This document shows positions 1-11,642 of a stretch of DNA of 64,000 nucleotides, in pieces. The position numbers and the translations under genes are program-made. The stretch is taken from the NCBI GenBank assembly GCA_002269645.1, contig NIVC01003635.1:1-64000 (forward strand), in the 5' to 3' direction. The stretch's first letter is position 1. The number at the start of each line of letters is the position of its first letter. The notes beneath the pieces were generated by a model, which did not search any database, was not told the DNA's origin, and was given only the letters and a program-made list of their open reading frames with translations. Source of the DNA: Macrostomum lignano. Its lineage: Eukaryota.

Positions 1-524
1 AAAAATGTCAGTATAAATAATGTGCATAATAAATATCAATGTGCATGGCATGCAATAAAAGAAAGTCTAGTTGTCAGTGTGCACAATTGCCTTGAAATCT
101 GCATTACAGTATGCATTTATATATAGTGTAGACTTATATATACATATTGGCTATATTGTTAGTTTAGTTTTATATTTTTAATTGAAAATTACATTACATA
201 GTAAAAAGAAAAACCATAAAGGTCCTTTATAGTTGCAATGCCTCATGGGCCCTACATGTAGAACATAACTATTGGCCATGCACTGCAAGCAACTTCTGTG
301 ACAGCTAAAAAAATGTTCCTGCATGTCTATAAGACTATGGGCCATTGCCTTAAATGACTATTCACTGTCCATAGTTCAGATGGGAATAGTACACCGGGAT
401 TTCTCTTTGGGTCTTACCCTTTTTAGCATATATTAAGATATATCCTAGCATTTATAACACAGTAGATACATTGTGTCAAATGACAATTGTTTTGAATTGG
501 CACAGAAACCTAGTATACAAACAA

Positions 525-870
525 ATACAATCCACTTTGGTAATAGCCACTTTGGTAACTGCCATTTTGGTAACAAAAAATAACCACTTTGGTAATAGCC
601 ACTTTGATAACAACCAGTTTAATAACAAGCAGATTTACAATTGTTTTTTGCATTAATCTAAATCTCTTAAAATGTGCAAGAATATAGGCCTATCTTAAGA
701 CTTAAATATTTTGTTGTTCCATTTTAAAAGTTCATTGGTAAATTCTTTTGGAGCATATTAATCAATACATATATGTAATATTTAGTATGAAGTGGCTATT
801 ACCAAAATGGCTATTACCAAAAATAGTATTTTTTGTTACTGACTGAAGTGGCTGTTATTAAAGGCCTAGA
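525..870. mobile_element. MITE-like element with inverted subterminal repeats
   Basis: CCACTTTGGTAATAGCCACTT-type repeats at 531-612 and their reverse complement AAGTGGCTATTACCAAAATGG at ~790-850. Termini and TSD not resolved. Confidence 0.45.
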
Positions 871-3800
871 CTATAACTACACAAACAAGGTCTTGTCACT
901 TTTTCTAGCATTAAACCTGGCATACACTAATACACAATCCAAACTAGGCCCTATGGCCCATTGTACTATTATCTTTTGAATTTAGTTTAAACTGTTTAGT
1001 TTGGATTTTATGGCTTGATGCTACCTACAATTGCAACTTGCAAGCAATTTAGAAATTTGCACTAGGCCTAAGGGCTAGGCCAAGGCCAAGGTCTAATTTC
1101 AGGGTGCAATTTTTTTGTGATACTCAGCTGTTATGATTTGTTGGCATCATTTAGGCTATGCCTATACTACATCATTGACATTTAAAATAAATGATTAAAA
1201 ACTAACAAAATATCAGCATGATTTAATTTAAATTTCATTATATCAGTACTCTACACACATTAGGAATTAAGATAAGCTACTTGTAACTAGGCTGGCTAGG
1301 CCTACTAGAGTGACGAGTCTAGCTAGGGCCTATACTATATTATACAATACTTTAGTATCTTAGTAAGTAGACTATAGTATAGTATAGAAAATAGAAAATT
1401 AAGAAAAAATCATAAGCATAAGCCCAAGCCTAAACATGCCTAACATACAAGTCTTTTTCCTATCCATTTACTAATATAGTAAGCGGGGTTGCGTTGGTTA
1501 GTGTGCCCAATTATTCATTGGGTAGGCCTAGTCTCGCGTATATATAGTTTAATTAGTCGCTTAGATTTAAAAACAAAATTTGGTTTTCGGAAGTCGAATT
1601 TCTAAGAATCAGAAACAGCTAAAACAAAAGTCTGCTAAAAAGTAAGTTTATGACGCGATAAACATGATGTAATAGTAAAAAAAATACTTTGAAGTTATTA
1701 TACTATGAAAGCTTTGATGTGGCACAGCTGCTCGTAGATGCAGCAGTAAATAATTAGAGCTATTATTGATTTCCCAGTCAGCTAACTTATTTCCAAGTAA
1801 GTAAATACTCTTACACATTGCATTAAAAGTCAGACAAGCAGTTTCGAAGAATCAATATTAAGCTGCAGTTATACAAATAACCCAGTATTTGGATACACGG
1901 ATTATGTTAAATGTCTCTGAACGAGCTTCGGAACTGAGACGAATCTTATATACAACAGATAACAGGGCTGGTTCACCGTCAGAAAGTTCGACATTAGGCC
2001 TAATGATTCAATGCGCACAACCAGTCTACCAGTATGTGCATTTCTTAAAAATACATTTATTCGTAGAGCTTTTGTCCGAAGCTCATGCAGGAAATGTTTC
2101 TAAATGTAGATGCAGTCGCTATACAAATAATTGTTAGCTACATGTAGCTACTTTTTAGCGGTGCACACCAGAAGCAGTATACGCACTTTTCTGAGTACGT
2201 ATCAAGGTTTTGCTTATTTTTTCCGCGCTCGAGCTGCTTAAGGCATGGGAAACTGGCCAATAGGAGTGTATCAGTGGAAAGCAGTCAGACCGACCGAAAG
2301 GTACAAGATGTGGGAAACTTTCACCAGCCAATCGTTGAGCAAATGCACCTTACTGAAACTTCTAATAATAATGTCATACCAAGACTAGAGACTGGTTCAG
2401 GTAATACAAAACACTTTCCGAGTTGGTTGGCAGTATCTAGCTAATTAGGAGCTAAAGAAGCTCCTAATTTATCAGGACGCTGATCTCTGTTAAGCAATGC
2501 ATAGGATTCGAACTGCAGCTACCAAATGAACTGCTATTTAGCTTTAATAACGCGACACAACAAGCCTAAACCAGGTGGAAAACGGGTTCTGCAGCCGATG
2601 GCTCTATGCGCATATCTCCAAACGTCGATTTTAATTTATCGATGTCATGTTGGGCAGCAACCAGCCTAGTAACCTGACTTTTGGGATAACATCTAACAAA
2701 GCTGCATGGCTATCTCGAGGAAAGTAGCTGAAGTTTTCGGCTCTGGAAACTGACAATAGCTAAATGACACCCGAGGAGAGCTGCAAATTGTAGTGACGCG
2801 TAAAATCTTTGATATGCATAATGGGATGAGTCACTACCGATTCACTAACCGATTAATTGGACTATCAAACGTCCAATAATAAGAATAACAAACATAACAA
2901 GTTGGCGAAACAAACTTTCTGATTTAAGCAAGGTAAGCAATGCTTTTAAGTGAAGCACTGTACTATTGACATTTAAATAAATAAAATAAAATAATAATTT
3001 TTATAACAGGCTATTTCTAATTAAAGAAAAGCACATTTCAAGTGTGACTTGTATGACTAGAGTTTAAAAAATGATTTGAAAGTACAATGAAAATTAAATT
3101 AAGCTGTATGGTTATAGTGCATGCGTTTGGTTAACGAAAATGAAAACTCATCCGTGTCTTTTCTGCTAACAGAATTTTATTAAACCAAATAAAAACTAAT
3201 ACTATTAAATTAGACATTTAAATACAATATACACTGCGACACTGTCGGTGCTTTGAACAATAAACTTTGATGATGATTCCTAACTGGGAGATCAAGTCTA
3301 TTTAACAAAATTTAACATAACTGTTTTTTATAAAAGGGAACAGAATGGCTAGAATTCATGTAAATTTATAGGTTTGTTTTAAATAAAGAATTTTCATGCT
3401 AAATAGCACCAAGCACATGTCAGCTATTTATATTATTTAACAGAAACCTAATCACAAAAGATAATATTTCCATACTTGGGGTATTATTAAAAACCTACTT
3501 TAATAACCTAATTAGAATCAAAATCCTTACCAATGATAATTACAGGTAGCTAGAAGAATACAGATTGCTGTCCGTAAAAAATGTATTAACGTGTGGCACA
3601 ACACAGGTAAGAATGCAAAACTACTTTTATTAAAGCACTAAACTTAATAAGTCTTCTAAATCTAAAGTGATTTACAAAGCAAAATACAAAAGACAAATGT
3701 AATACGAGTATAAGGGTGAAATGCAGCATATAATTTTATTCATTTAAGCTTTAAATTTTGCACCGATAAAAAAAGTTCTAATTAATCTAGCTAAGCGATT

Positions 3801-3922
3801 CTTTCTGCATGCAGGAAATACGGGCAAAATCACGTCATGCTACTTCAAAGTAGCCAAAACAGGATAAGTAGTGTATTTGTAAAGGATCATAAAAATTATT
3901 ATAATATTTTGCTACCATTAAT

Positions 3923-4075
3923 CCGAAAAGCGCTTTCCATCAAAAACCCGAAATATCATAACTCAAAACCAAAATACCATTAGACTAAAAATAGAATAAA
4001 ATACCGCTAGAACTTTCAGATTATGATATTTCAGGTTTATGATATTTCGAGTTTATGATGAAAAGCGCTTTTCGG
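3923..4075. repeat. Inverted repeat (~42-bp arms), MITE-like
   Basis: CCGAAAAGCGCTTTCCATCAAAAACCCGAAATATCATAA (3923-) pairs with TTATGATATTTCGAGTTTATGATGAAAAGCGCTTTTCGG (-4075). A related motif occurs at 58030-58050. Confidence 0.7.
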
Positions 4076-4579
4076 AGTTGTGATTTTTTGGTTTGTGATG
4101 CCCCCCCCCGTTTACAAAGCCACACATATATTTCATATCAAACTGTTCGAAAACAATTCGAATGAAAAATTCCACAGGGCATGCGCAATTAATTCTACTA
4201 ATAGTAGCAAAAATCCGTTAGAATCAAAATGTCAAAAAATCAACTGCTAGAGTGGGACTATGTCAAGTGTGTCGACTCCCGATATGTATAGTATGCAATT
4301 TTTAAGCACGTTGAAATCGGCTGAATTAAGAGTTCGCGCTAACTTTATTGCCGAATCATTATATAACTAGCTGATAATCAGCTGATAATCATCGTCATAC
4401 AATTTGGGTCTTCGTGTCATATAGCGTGTGTCATAACACAGCAAATTAAAATTTCGGGCATCCCTAATTTGAATCCCTGATGCCAAATTTGCTTCCAGTC
4501 TTTTTTCTAAGCTGGGTGTCGTTTAATTTGAGTTCCGTATTAAAATTGTTATATCAGTTCATAGGAGATAGGAGATCTG

Positions 4580-4947
4580 CGCGCTTGTCACTACCGTCAA
4601 AATTGTCTGCGCTCTTGTGTCACTACCGTCAAAATTGTCTGCGCTTATGTGTCACTACCGTCAAAACTGTCTGCGCTTATGTGTCACTACCGTCAAAATT
4701 GTCTGCACTTGTGTGTCACTACCGTCAAAATTGTCTGCGCTTATGTGTCACTACCGTCAAAACTGTCTGCGCTTATGTGTCACTACCGTCAAAATTGTCT
4801 GCGCTAATGTGTCACTACCGTCAAAATTGTCTGCGCTTATGTGTCACTACCGTCAAAATTGTCTGCGCTTATGTGTCACTACCGTCAAAATTGTCTGCGC
4901 TTATGTGTCACTACCGTCAAAACTGTCTGCGCTCTTGTGTCACTACT
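4580..4947. repeat. 32-bp minisatellite, ~11 copies, just 3' of FITM
   Basis: Unit GTGTCACTACCGTCAAAATTGTCTGCGCTTAT; ends ~47 nt past the FITM stop codon. Confidence 0.95.
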
Positions 4948-4993
4948 TATCGAGTCTCCACCATTGCAGCCTTTATATATAATACACAAACTG

Positions 4994-5624
4994 TCACGAT
5001 CCAGGAGCGCTAATGAACTTCAACTCCGACTGGCCAGGCGGGCAGACAAAGGCCAGATTCTGCTGACGCAGGACAAGACGGTACACCACCGCCCAGGAGG
5101 CCACTGAGCACAGTGCGGCAACTAATTTCGATGGCATACTATGAAAATAAGCCACAGTAATGCAAAGCATCAAATCCCACAGCAGGCTGAGGCAGCTCAA
5201 ACAGATGGCGCTGCACCGCACAGCGAACGTGTGCCGCTGGTAGAGGCGCCACATTCGATCGGCCAGCTCGGCCGTCAGTCGCCGGCCGCCGGTCTCCGTC
5301 TCCTCCCTGAGCAGGCCGCCCAGGCGGGTCCAATCCCGCAATAGGGCGACCTCCTCGCTAATAACCAGGTTGCACCAGGTGAGCAGGAACACGTGACCAG
5401 AAATGTCGAAACCGAGCCACACGCCGTTGTGCTGACGCTGGCAATCGCCCCGATCCGTGACGCCCTGGATGTGGACGGATTTCGGCGGCTGGCTCACGCA
5501 CCGGCCTGTGGCGTTCTCGACGGCGTGGAAAGCGTTGGTGCACACGTACCAGCCTGCGGTGCCTGCGGGGGGTAGGGTGGTGAAGGATGCAAGATTGATT
5601 ATAAAAACAGATCGATACTTAAAC

Positions 5625-5695
<71 letters not shown>

Positions 5696-5738
5696 CACAG
5701 ACAGACACACAGACAGACAGACAGACAGACAGACACTA

Positions 5739-5799
<61 letters not shown>

Positions 5800-7132
5800 G
5801 CTCGTAAACACTAGGAATCCTCGTAGGTTTTACAAGCTGCTCACCGAACAGCAGTCTGCTCAAATGCTTCCGCATCAGTGTCCTAGACTGTCCAGTGAGC
5901 ACAACCGACGTGAACAGAATGTAGAAAGACAGGCAGACAAAAGTCCAAGCCCAGCCCCATTTGATGAAGGCCAGATTCCAGAAGCTGCGTTTGTTGGCTA
6001 AGAAAATGCGCGGAATCGGCACCAAGTCGAAGACCACGCTGAGAGCAGCCACTGCGCAGAGGTAAACGCAGGCTCGAACCTGAGAATACATTTTAATAGA
6101 GTAGTAGTGAGTACAGATTGTTAATTTGGCTGTCGAATTGAGCTCAGTATAATAAAACTCTAATGAGCTACGGTCTACATGTAAGATGCTGACCCAGCAA
6201 CTGACACTCTGGGAGGCTGGCCTAGCAACTGACACTCTGGGAGTGTAGAAAAATAACTGAAGAAAACTACAGACTATTTAATTGGAGTTAAATTGAAGGA
6301 TCAGATAAGCCAGTAAGTGGGCGCAGGGCCCAAACAAGTATATTTATACCAGACATTAACTTAGGGGGTTTGAATTGCAGATAATAAAGAGAGGGGGTGG
6401 AGTGCGCGACTCAGGAAAGAGGCGAGAACGGAGAGCCAATCAGAACGCAGCAAGGGAGAGAGAGATAAGAATAACAAGATTGAGCTAGACAGAGAGAGAG
6501 AAAACGGAGTAAACAGAGACAATTGAAGGTGAACTAAGAAATGACTAGGAAAGTCGCGACAGGGAGGCTGGCCCTGCAACTGACACTCTGGGAGGCTGGC
6601 CCAGCAACTGACACTCTGGGAGGCTGGCCCAGCAACTGACACTCTGGGAGGCTGGCCCAGCAACTGACACTCTGGGAGGCTGGCCCAGCAACTGACACTC
6701 TGGGAGGCTGGCCCAGCAACTGACACTCTGGAAGGCTGGCCCAGCAACTGAGGATCTGGGAGGCTGGCCCTGCAACTGAGGATCTGGGAGGCTGGCCCAG
6801 CAACTGAGGATCTGGGAGGCTGGCACAGTAACTGACACTCTGGGAGGCTGGCACAGCAACTGAGGATCTTGGTGTACTTGGTGTGCAGAACTTGAATGCA
6901 GATTTCATTACAGACTGATACTACAATGGCACACCTCAGGCGGAACCAGAAGCGGCTTTTTCATCATCTGGTACAGGCAGATACCAAAGAAGCCCTGCAC
7001 AGACATCGGCTCGGGAATGGACTTCTTTGCCGACGCGCTGGAGGTTTGATCGGCGCCTCCGCTAGAAGAAGACATTGGCATGCGCTGCTTGCTGAATTTG
7101 TGCACAGCCGATCCTCCGGGGTCGCGGCGCAT
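4994..7132 (-). CDS. FITM2: Fat storage-inducing transmembrane protein (FIT family; acyl-CoA diphosphatase), 3 exons, ~333 aa
   Basis: Exons 7132-6935, 6079-5845 and 5562-4994 have GT/AG ends with matching phases (0, 1) and total 1002 nt. The translation has FIT motifs FIKWGWAWT, VENATGRC, GFDISGHVFLL and LWDLML..VAYFH, including both catalytic His positions. Intron 1 holds the 28-bp array and intron 2 holds (GACA)n. Confidence 0.92.
5627..5800. repeat. (GACA)n microsatellite in FITM intron 2
   Basis: Near-perfect AGAC tetramer run. Confidence 0.97.
6562..6869. repeat. 28-bp minisatellite family A, FITM intron 1 (~11 copies; ~2 more at 6190-6243)
   Basis: Unit GGGAGGCTGGCCCAGCAACTGACACTCT, with variant ...CTGAGGATCT. 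Confidence 0.95.
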
Positions 7133-7329
7133 CTCAGAGTCTGAGAATCAACTAATGCCTTCGATGAGAAACTGCTCAAGCTAGACTAATCAAGGTGAGT
7201 ATCTGCAACTGGAGAATATTAAGGATGGCAAGTAGGAGCATATTATTTCATGGCCTAAAATACATCAATAGTTTTAAAACCTTTTTAGAGCCTTAAAATT
7301 ATTTTGTTCCCCCTTTTAATCTACCCCTT

Positions 7330-8340
7330 GTTCTACATCTTTTACCTGTGCCATCTCTCTTCTCCATGTTCTATCTATCTTCTCTCTCCCTATCTCTCGT
7401 CTCTCTCTCCCATCTTTCTGCTCTCTCCCTCATCTCTCTCCTCCTGTCTTATCTCTCTTCTCCCTGTCTCATCTCTCTTCTCCCTGATCCATCTCTCTTC
7501 TCCCTGACCCATCTGTCTTCTCCCTGTCTCATCTCTCTTCTCCCTGTCTCATCTCTCTTCTCCCTGTCTCATCTCTCTTCTCCGTGACCCAACTCTCTTC
7601 TCCGTGACCCAACTCTCTTCTCCGTGACCCAACTCTCTTCTCCCTGACCCAACTCTCTTCTCCGTGACCCAACTCTCTTCTCCCTGTCTCATCTCTCTTC
7701 TCCCTGACCCATCTGTCTTCTCCCTGTCTCATCTCTCTTCTCCCTGTCTCATCTCTCTTCTCCCTGACCCATCTCTCTTCTCCCTGACCCATCTCTCTTC
7801 TCCCTGACCCATCTGTCTTCTCCCTGACCCATCTCTCTTCTCCCTGACCCATCTGTCTTCTCCCTGACCCATCTGTCTTCTCCCTGACCCATCTGTCTTC
7901 TCCCTGACCCATCTGTCTTCTCCCTGACCCATCTGTCTTCTCCCTGACCCATCTGTCTTCTCCCTGACCCATCTCTCTTCTCCGTGACCCATCTGTCTTC
8001 TCCCTGACCCATCTGTCTTCTCCCTGACCCATCTGTCTTCTCCCTGACCCATCTCTCTTCTCCCTGACCCAACTCTCTTCTCCGTGACCCAACTATCTTC
8101 TCCCTGTCTCATCTCTCTTCTCCCTGTCTCATCTCTCTTCTCCCTGTCTCATCTTTCTTCTCCCTGTCCCATCTCTCTTCTCCCTGTCTCATCTCTCTTC
8201 TCCCTGTCCCATCTTTTCTCCGTGTGTTATCTCTTCTCCCTGACCCATCTCTTTTTTCCCTGTCTGATCTCCCTTCTCCCTGACTCATCTGTCTTCTTGT
8301 CTCATCTCTCTTCTCCCTGTCCCATCTATTCCCACATCGT
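7330..8340. repeat. 20-bp pyrimidine-rich minisatellite between FAM241B and FITM
   Basis: Unit CTCTCTTCTCCCTGACCCAT and variants, with degenerate edges. Confidence 0.95.
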
Positions 8341-8854
8341 CTATATGATTTGCTATTCCATACAATGGTTAACAAAACAACTATAATCAAATTCTTAGAA
8401 ATAAAACAAACAGGAAACAATGATTGTTATTCCATTGGTTATACTGCTATATACGTGTACACTCGAGAATATCGATAATTAAATACAATAAATGTACAAT
8501 AACGATAACAATTTGTTGCATAACTATATATTCAAGCGCAATTGTAACTGGCTTGCAATCTGATAGACAGTCAAACGCATAGAAATCAATTCTGAATAAA
8601 CGAGAATTTATACTATTCATCATAAGAATCGCGGATAACAGTTAGCCTAAAATATGACAATAATTCTTACCAAATCTACCCAGCTAATAGAATAGGAATG
8701 AAATCTATTGATATTTTACTAGAAAAAGCTTTCTCGCACACGTTGTGGCACAAGTGTTAAATATTAATTTAAAAAATCGATACTCAAGCGAGAGAAAAAA
8801 CTGACACGCAAATGCAGTCCAGCAAATAATTAGAGCAGAAGCAACGACTGGCGA

Positions 8855-9388
8855 TCAGTGCCGACCCAACACCCTGCCGCTGCCAACACCTCGCCGCCCT
8901 GGACCGCCGCCGCCGCCGCCGCTAGCCCGACCAGATCGTCGCTCAGAAGCAGCCGCAGCGCCAGGCCCGCCGCCGCCGCTGCTGAAGTGCACAACAGCGA
9001 ACAGTACAGCGGCAAACAGCAGGCCTTTCAGGCCGAACATCAGCACGGCCAGCAGGCAGCCAACCAGAGCCAGCGGCTCCAGCACCGCGCCCTGCCACAG
9101 CGTCACCCGGGGCAGGCCTGCGTCTAGCAGGCGTTGATTCAACATCTGGAAGATGCTCACCCCGCCGCCGCCGCCGCCCTCGCCGCCACCTCCGCCACCG
9201 CCAAGAATTCCGGCGCCCATCGGCGAGTCCTGACGATCCTCGTCGCGAGTGACGCCGCCAATTGGACGACGAGGTTCGCCAGTCGCTGATGAACCACCAC
9301 TGCCGCCGCCGCCGCCGCCGCTGGCAAATCTACGAGCTCTAGGATCGTCGTCTTGAACTATTTCGCCGCTAGGCAGAATGCGAACCAT
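8855..9388 (-). CDS. FAM241B: FAM241/DUF4605 small membrane protein, single exon, 177 aa
   Basis: The N-terminus MVRILPSGEIVQDDDPRAR matches the FAM241B start (MVRILANGEIVQDDDPR). It is followed by FQMLNQRL..GLP and a hydrophobic hairpin EPLALVGCLLAVLMFGLKGLLFAAVLFAVVHF, with Gly-rich linkers. Confidence 0.9.
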   Translation of the reverse strand: MVRILPSGEIVQDDDPRARRFASGGGGGGSGGSSATGEPRRPIGGVTRDEDRQDSPMGAGILGGGGGGGEGGGGGGVSIFQMLNQRLLDAGLPRVTLWQGAVLEPLALVGCLLAVLMFGLKGLLFAAVLFAVVHFSSGGGGPGAAAASERRSGRASGGGGGGPGRRGVGSGRVLGRH

Positions 9389-9428
9389 GATTTCTGTTTA
9401 TGGTTGTCTGTAATTGCGCGGGTATGGG

Positions 9429-9555
9429 ATTTCAACATAAAATGACAGCATTTCAACATAAAATGACAGCATTTCAACATAAAATGACAGCATTTCAACA
9501 TAAAATGACAGCATTTCAACATAAAACGACAGCATTTCAACATAAAATGACAGCA
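9429..9555. repeat. 21-bp tandem repeat x6 just upstream of the FAM241B ATG
   Basis: Unit ATTTCAACATAAAATGACAGC. Confidence 0.95.
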
Positions 9556-9749
9556 TATAGTCAAGCGATGCTACTTACACTGCTAGCTAGCCAATAAAGT
9601 AAAATTGTGGTTCAACTTATTTTGAATACACATACCAACGTACACACATTGTGGTTATCCCGACCGATAATGTACATGAGTAAGCTAAACTTAAACCCTT
9701 TAGGGTGCGCGAGGATTGGGTAATTGCGTGGGGCGTAAAACAGTGGCTT

Positions 9750-10095
9750 AGTTAGGCGCATATAAAATTTAAATTGGTTAGCGAGGCCGCTAATGAACAT
9801 CCCAGCCGGTTTAATAAAACCCCTTCCTGGTTTGTGCGGTTGGGACATAAAATTAGCTCGGAAGGGGGGTAGAGAATTGTTAAGTCAGGCGGAGAAATGA
9901 TGTACATTGGTTAAGACTAGCCGCTAATGTACAACAAGCCACCCGGTTTAAAAAACCCTCCCAGGGCGAGGTGGGGCAATAAAATATGGTTCGGCAGGAG
10001 GTAGACAATGGCTAAGCCAGGCGCAGAAAGAATGTAAATTGGTTCGCGTGGCCAACTAATGTACAACATGCCAACCCGGTTTAAAAAACCCTCTC
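9750..10095 (-). promoter_or_regulatory. Three diverged ~132-bp modules, each with a CCAAT box, upstream of FAM241B
   Basis: ATTGG (CCAAT on minus) at 9773, 9906 and 10038. Each is followed by a ..CTAATG.ACA..CCGGTTTAA.AAAACCC block. The regulatory role is inferred. Confidence 0.45.
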
Positions 10096-10924
10096 TCTCC
10101 TAGCATTTTAATAGCTAATCTAATACACTAATTAATCATTAAAAAACAAAATTACAGTAAATAAATTATAAAAAGTCAAAATAAGTTTTTATTAGCAATT
10201 AAATATGTAATTGGTTCTTTTATTATGTATCAATAATATATATGCAATTGTTTTATACTTAAATCAAATTAGAAAGCATGTTCAAATACTATAAAATACA
10301 TTTTGAGCTTTAGGGAACACATTAAACGACACAATCCAAGGCGCTTACATTCGAATATATTTCTATACTATTACTTTAAGTAGCATGATTCAAAACATCA
10401 GTTATCGAAAGTGAATCAGGAATACGAGTAAAGCGGAATTTCTGTTCGATTTACGAGTACTGGATCCAGGTAGAAATTCACGAACTGGAAGTGATATGAA
10501 ATGTCACAACATTATAAATCGTGTAACAACAGAGCATAGTTTTACATATAATACACAGTTCACATGTACAAAAAATTAACAGACAACATAATAAATCTAT
10601 TCAACGCATTGCATTTCATTCCATTTAATTTTGGCACCAAATTTACTTCAATCAAATTTAATTTATGATATAAATAGTACGAATTTTCTTACGAATACTA
10701 CAATTTGAGTTTTTTAAAAGCTGTTTTATGATTGCTGATTAAACTGTAGTAATCAATAGACAAATCGCATTTATTAGTATATAGGACTATAAAAGCAATA
10801 AACAACAAAAGTACATTTTATATTGAATGTGCAAACAATTATTACCTGGTTAGGCATTTATGAAAGCACACACAGCCATTAAGACAACACAGCATGAAAT
10901 AAGCAGCATGAGTAAACATTTTAT

Positions 10925-11500
10925 GCATAAATCTTATATCAAAGATCAAAGACTAACCAAAGTAGTGGAAAGATCAAAGACTAACCATAGCGGTAGGATC
11001 AAAGACCAACCGTACCGGTAAGGCTAGATCAAAGACAAACCATAGCGGTAAGATCAAAGACCAACCGTAGCAGCAAGATCAAAGACCAACTATAGCGGTA
11101 AGATCAAAGACCAACCATCATAGCGGTTAGATCAAATACCAACCATAGCGGTTAGATCAAAGACCAACCATAGCGGTTAGATCAAAGACCAACCATAGCG
11201 GTTAGATCAAAGACTAACCATAGCGGTTAGATCAAAGACCAACCATAGCGGTTAGATCAAAGACCAACTGTAGCGGCAAGATCAAAGACCAACCATAGCG
11301 GTAAGATCAAAGACCAACCATAGCGGTAAGATCAAAGACCAACCATAGCGGTTAGATCAAAGACCAACCATAGCGGTAAGATCAAAGACCAACTGTAGCA
11401 GCAAGATCAAAGACCAACCATAGCGGTAAGATCAAAGACTATTCGTAGCTTCGTAACGGTAAGATCAAAGACTAACCATAGCGGTAAGATCAAAGTCGAA
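10925..11500. repeat. 25-bp minisatellite, ~22 copies, 3' of MTMR
   Basis: Unit AGATCAAAGACCAACCATAGCGGT(T/A). Confidence 0.95.
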
Positions 11501-11642
11501 ACGATAGCGTCAAGCACAACCAACAATCAAGCGGCAACTTCAAAGGCAAAACCTAGTGCAATAAAATGAAACAATATTCTTTAAACCAGCTACAAGCAGT
11601 GATCAAACGATTTAAACAAAAAAATTAAGTAACAAAAATAGT

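Noticed and set aside
4480-5107. Cys-rich CHYRQNCL ORFs
   Set aside because: Frames of the 32-bp array.
6361-6908. ORFs GQPPRVSVAGPASQSVSCWASLPECQLL (also 15111-15859 and 51915-52984)
   Set aside because: Translation of the 28-bp minisatellite, which lacks stops on the minus strand and cycles through all frames; it lies inside introns.
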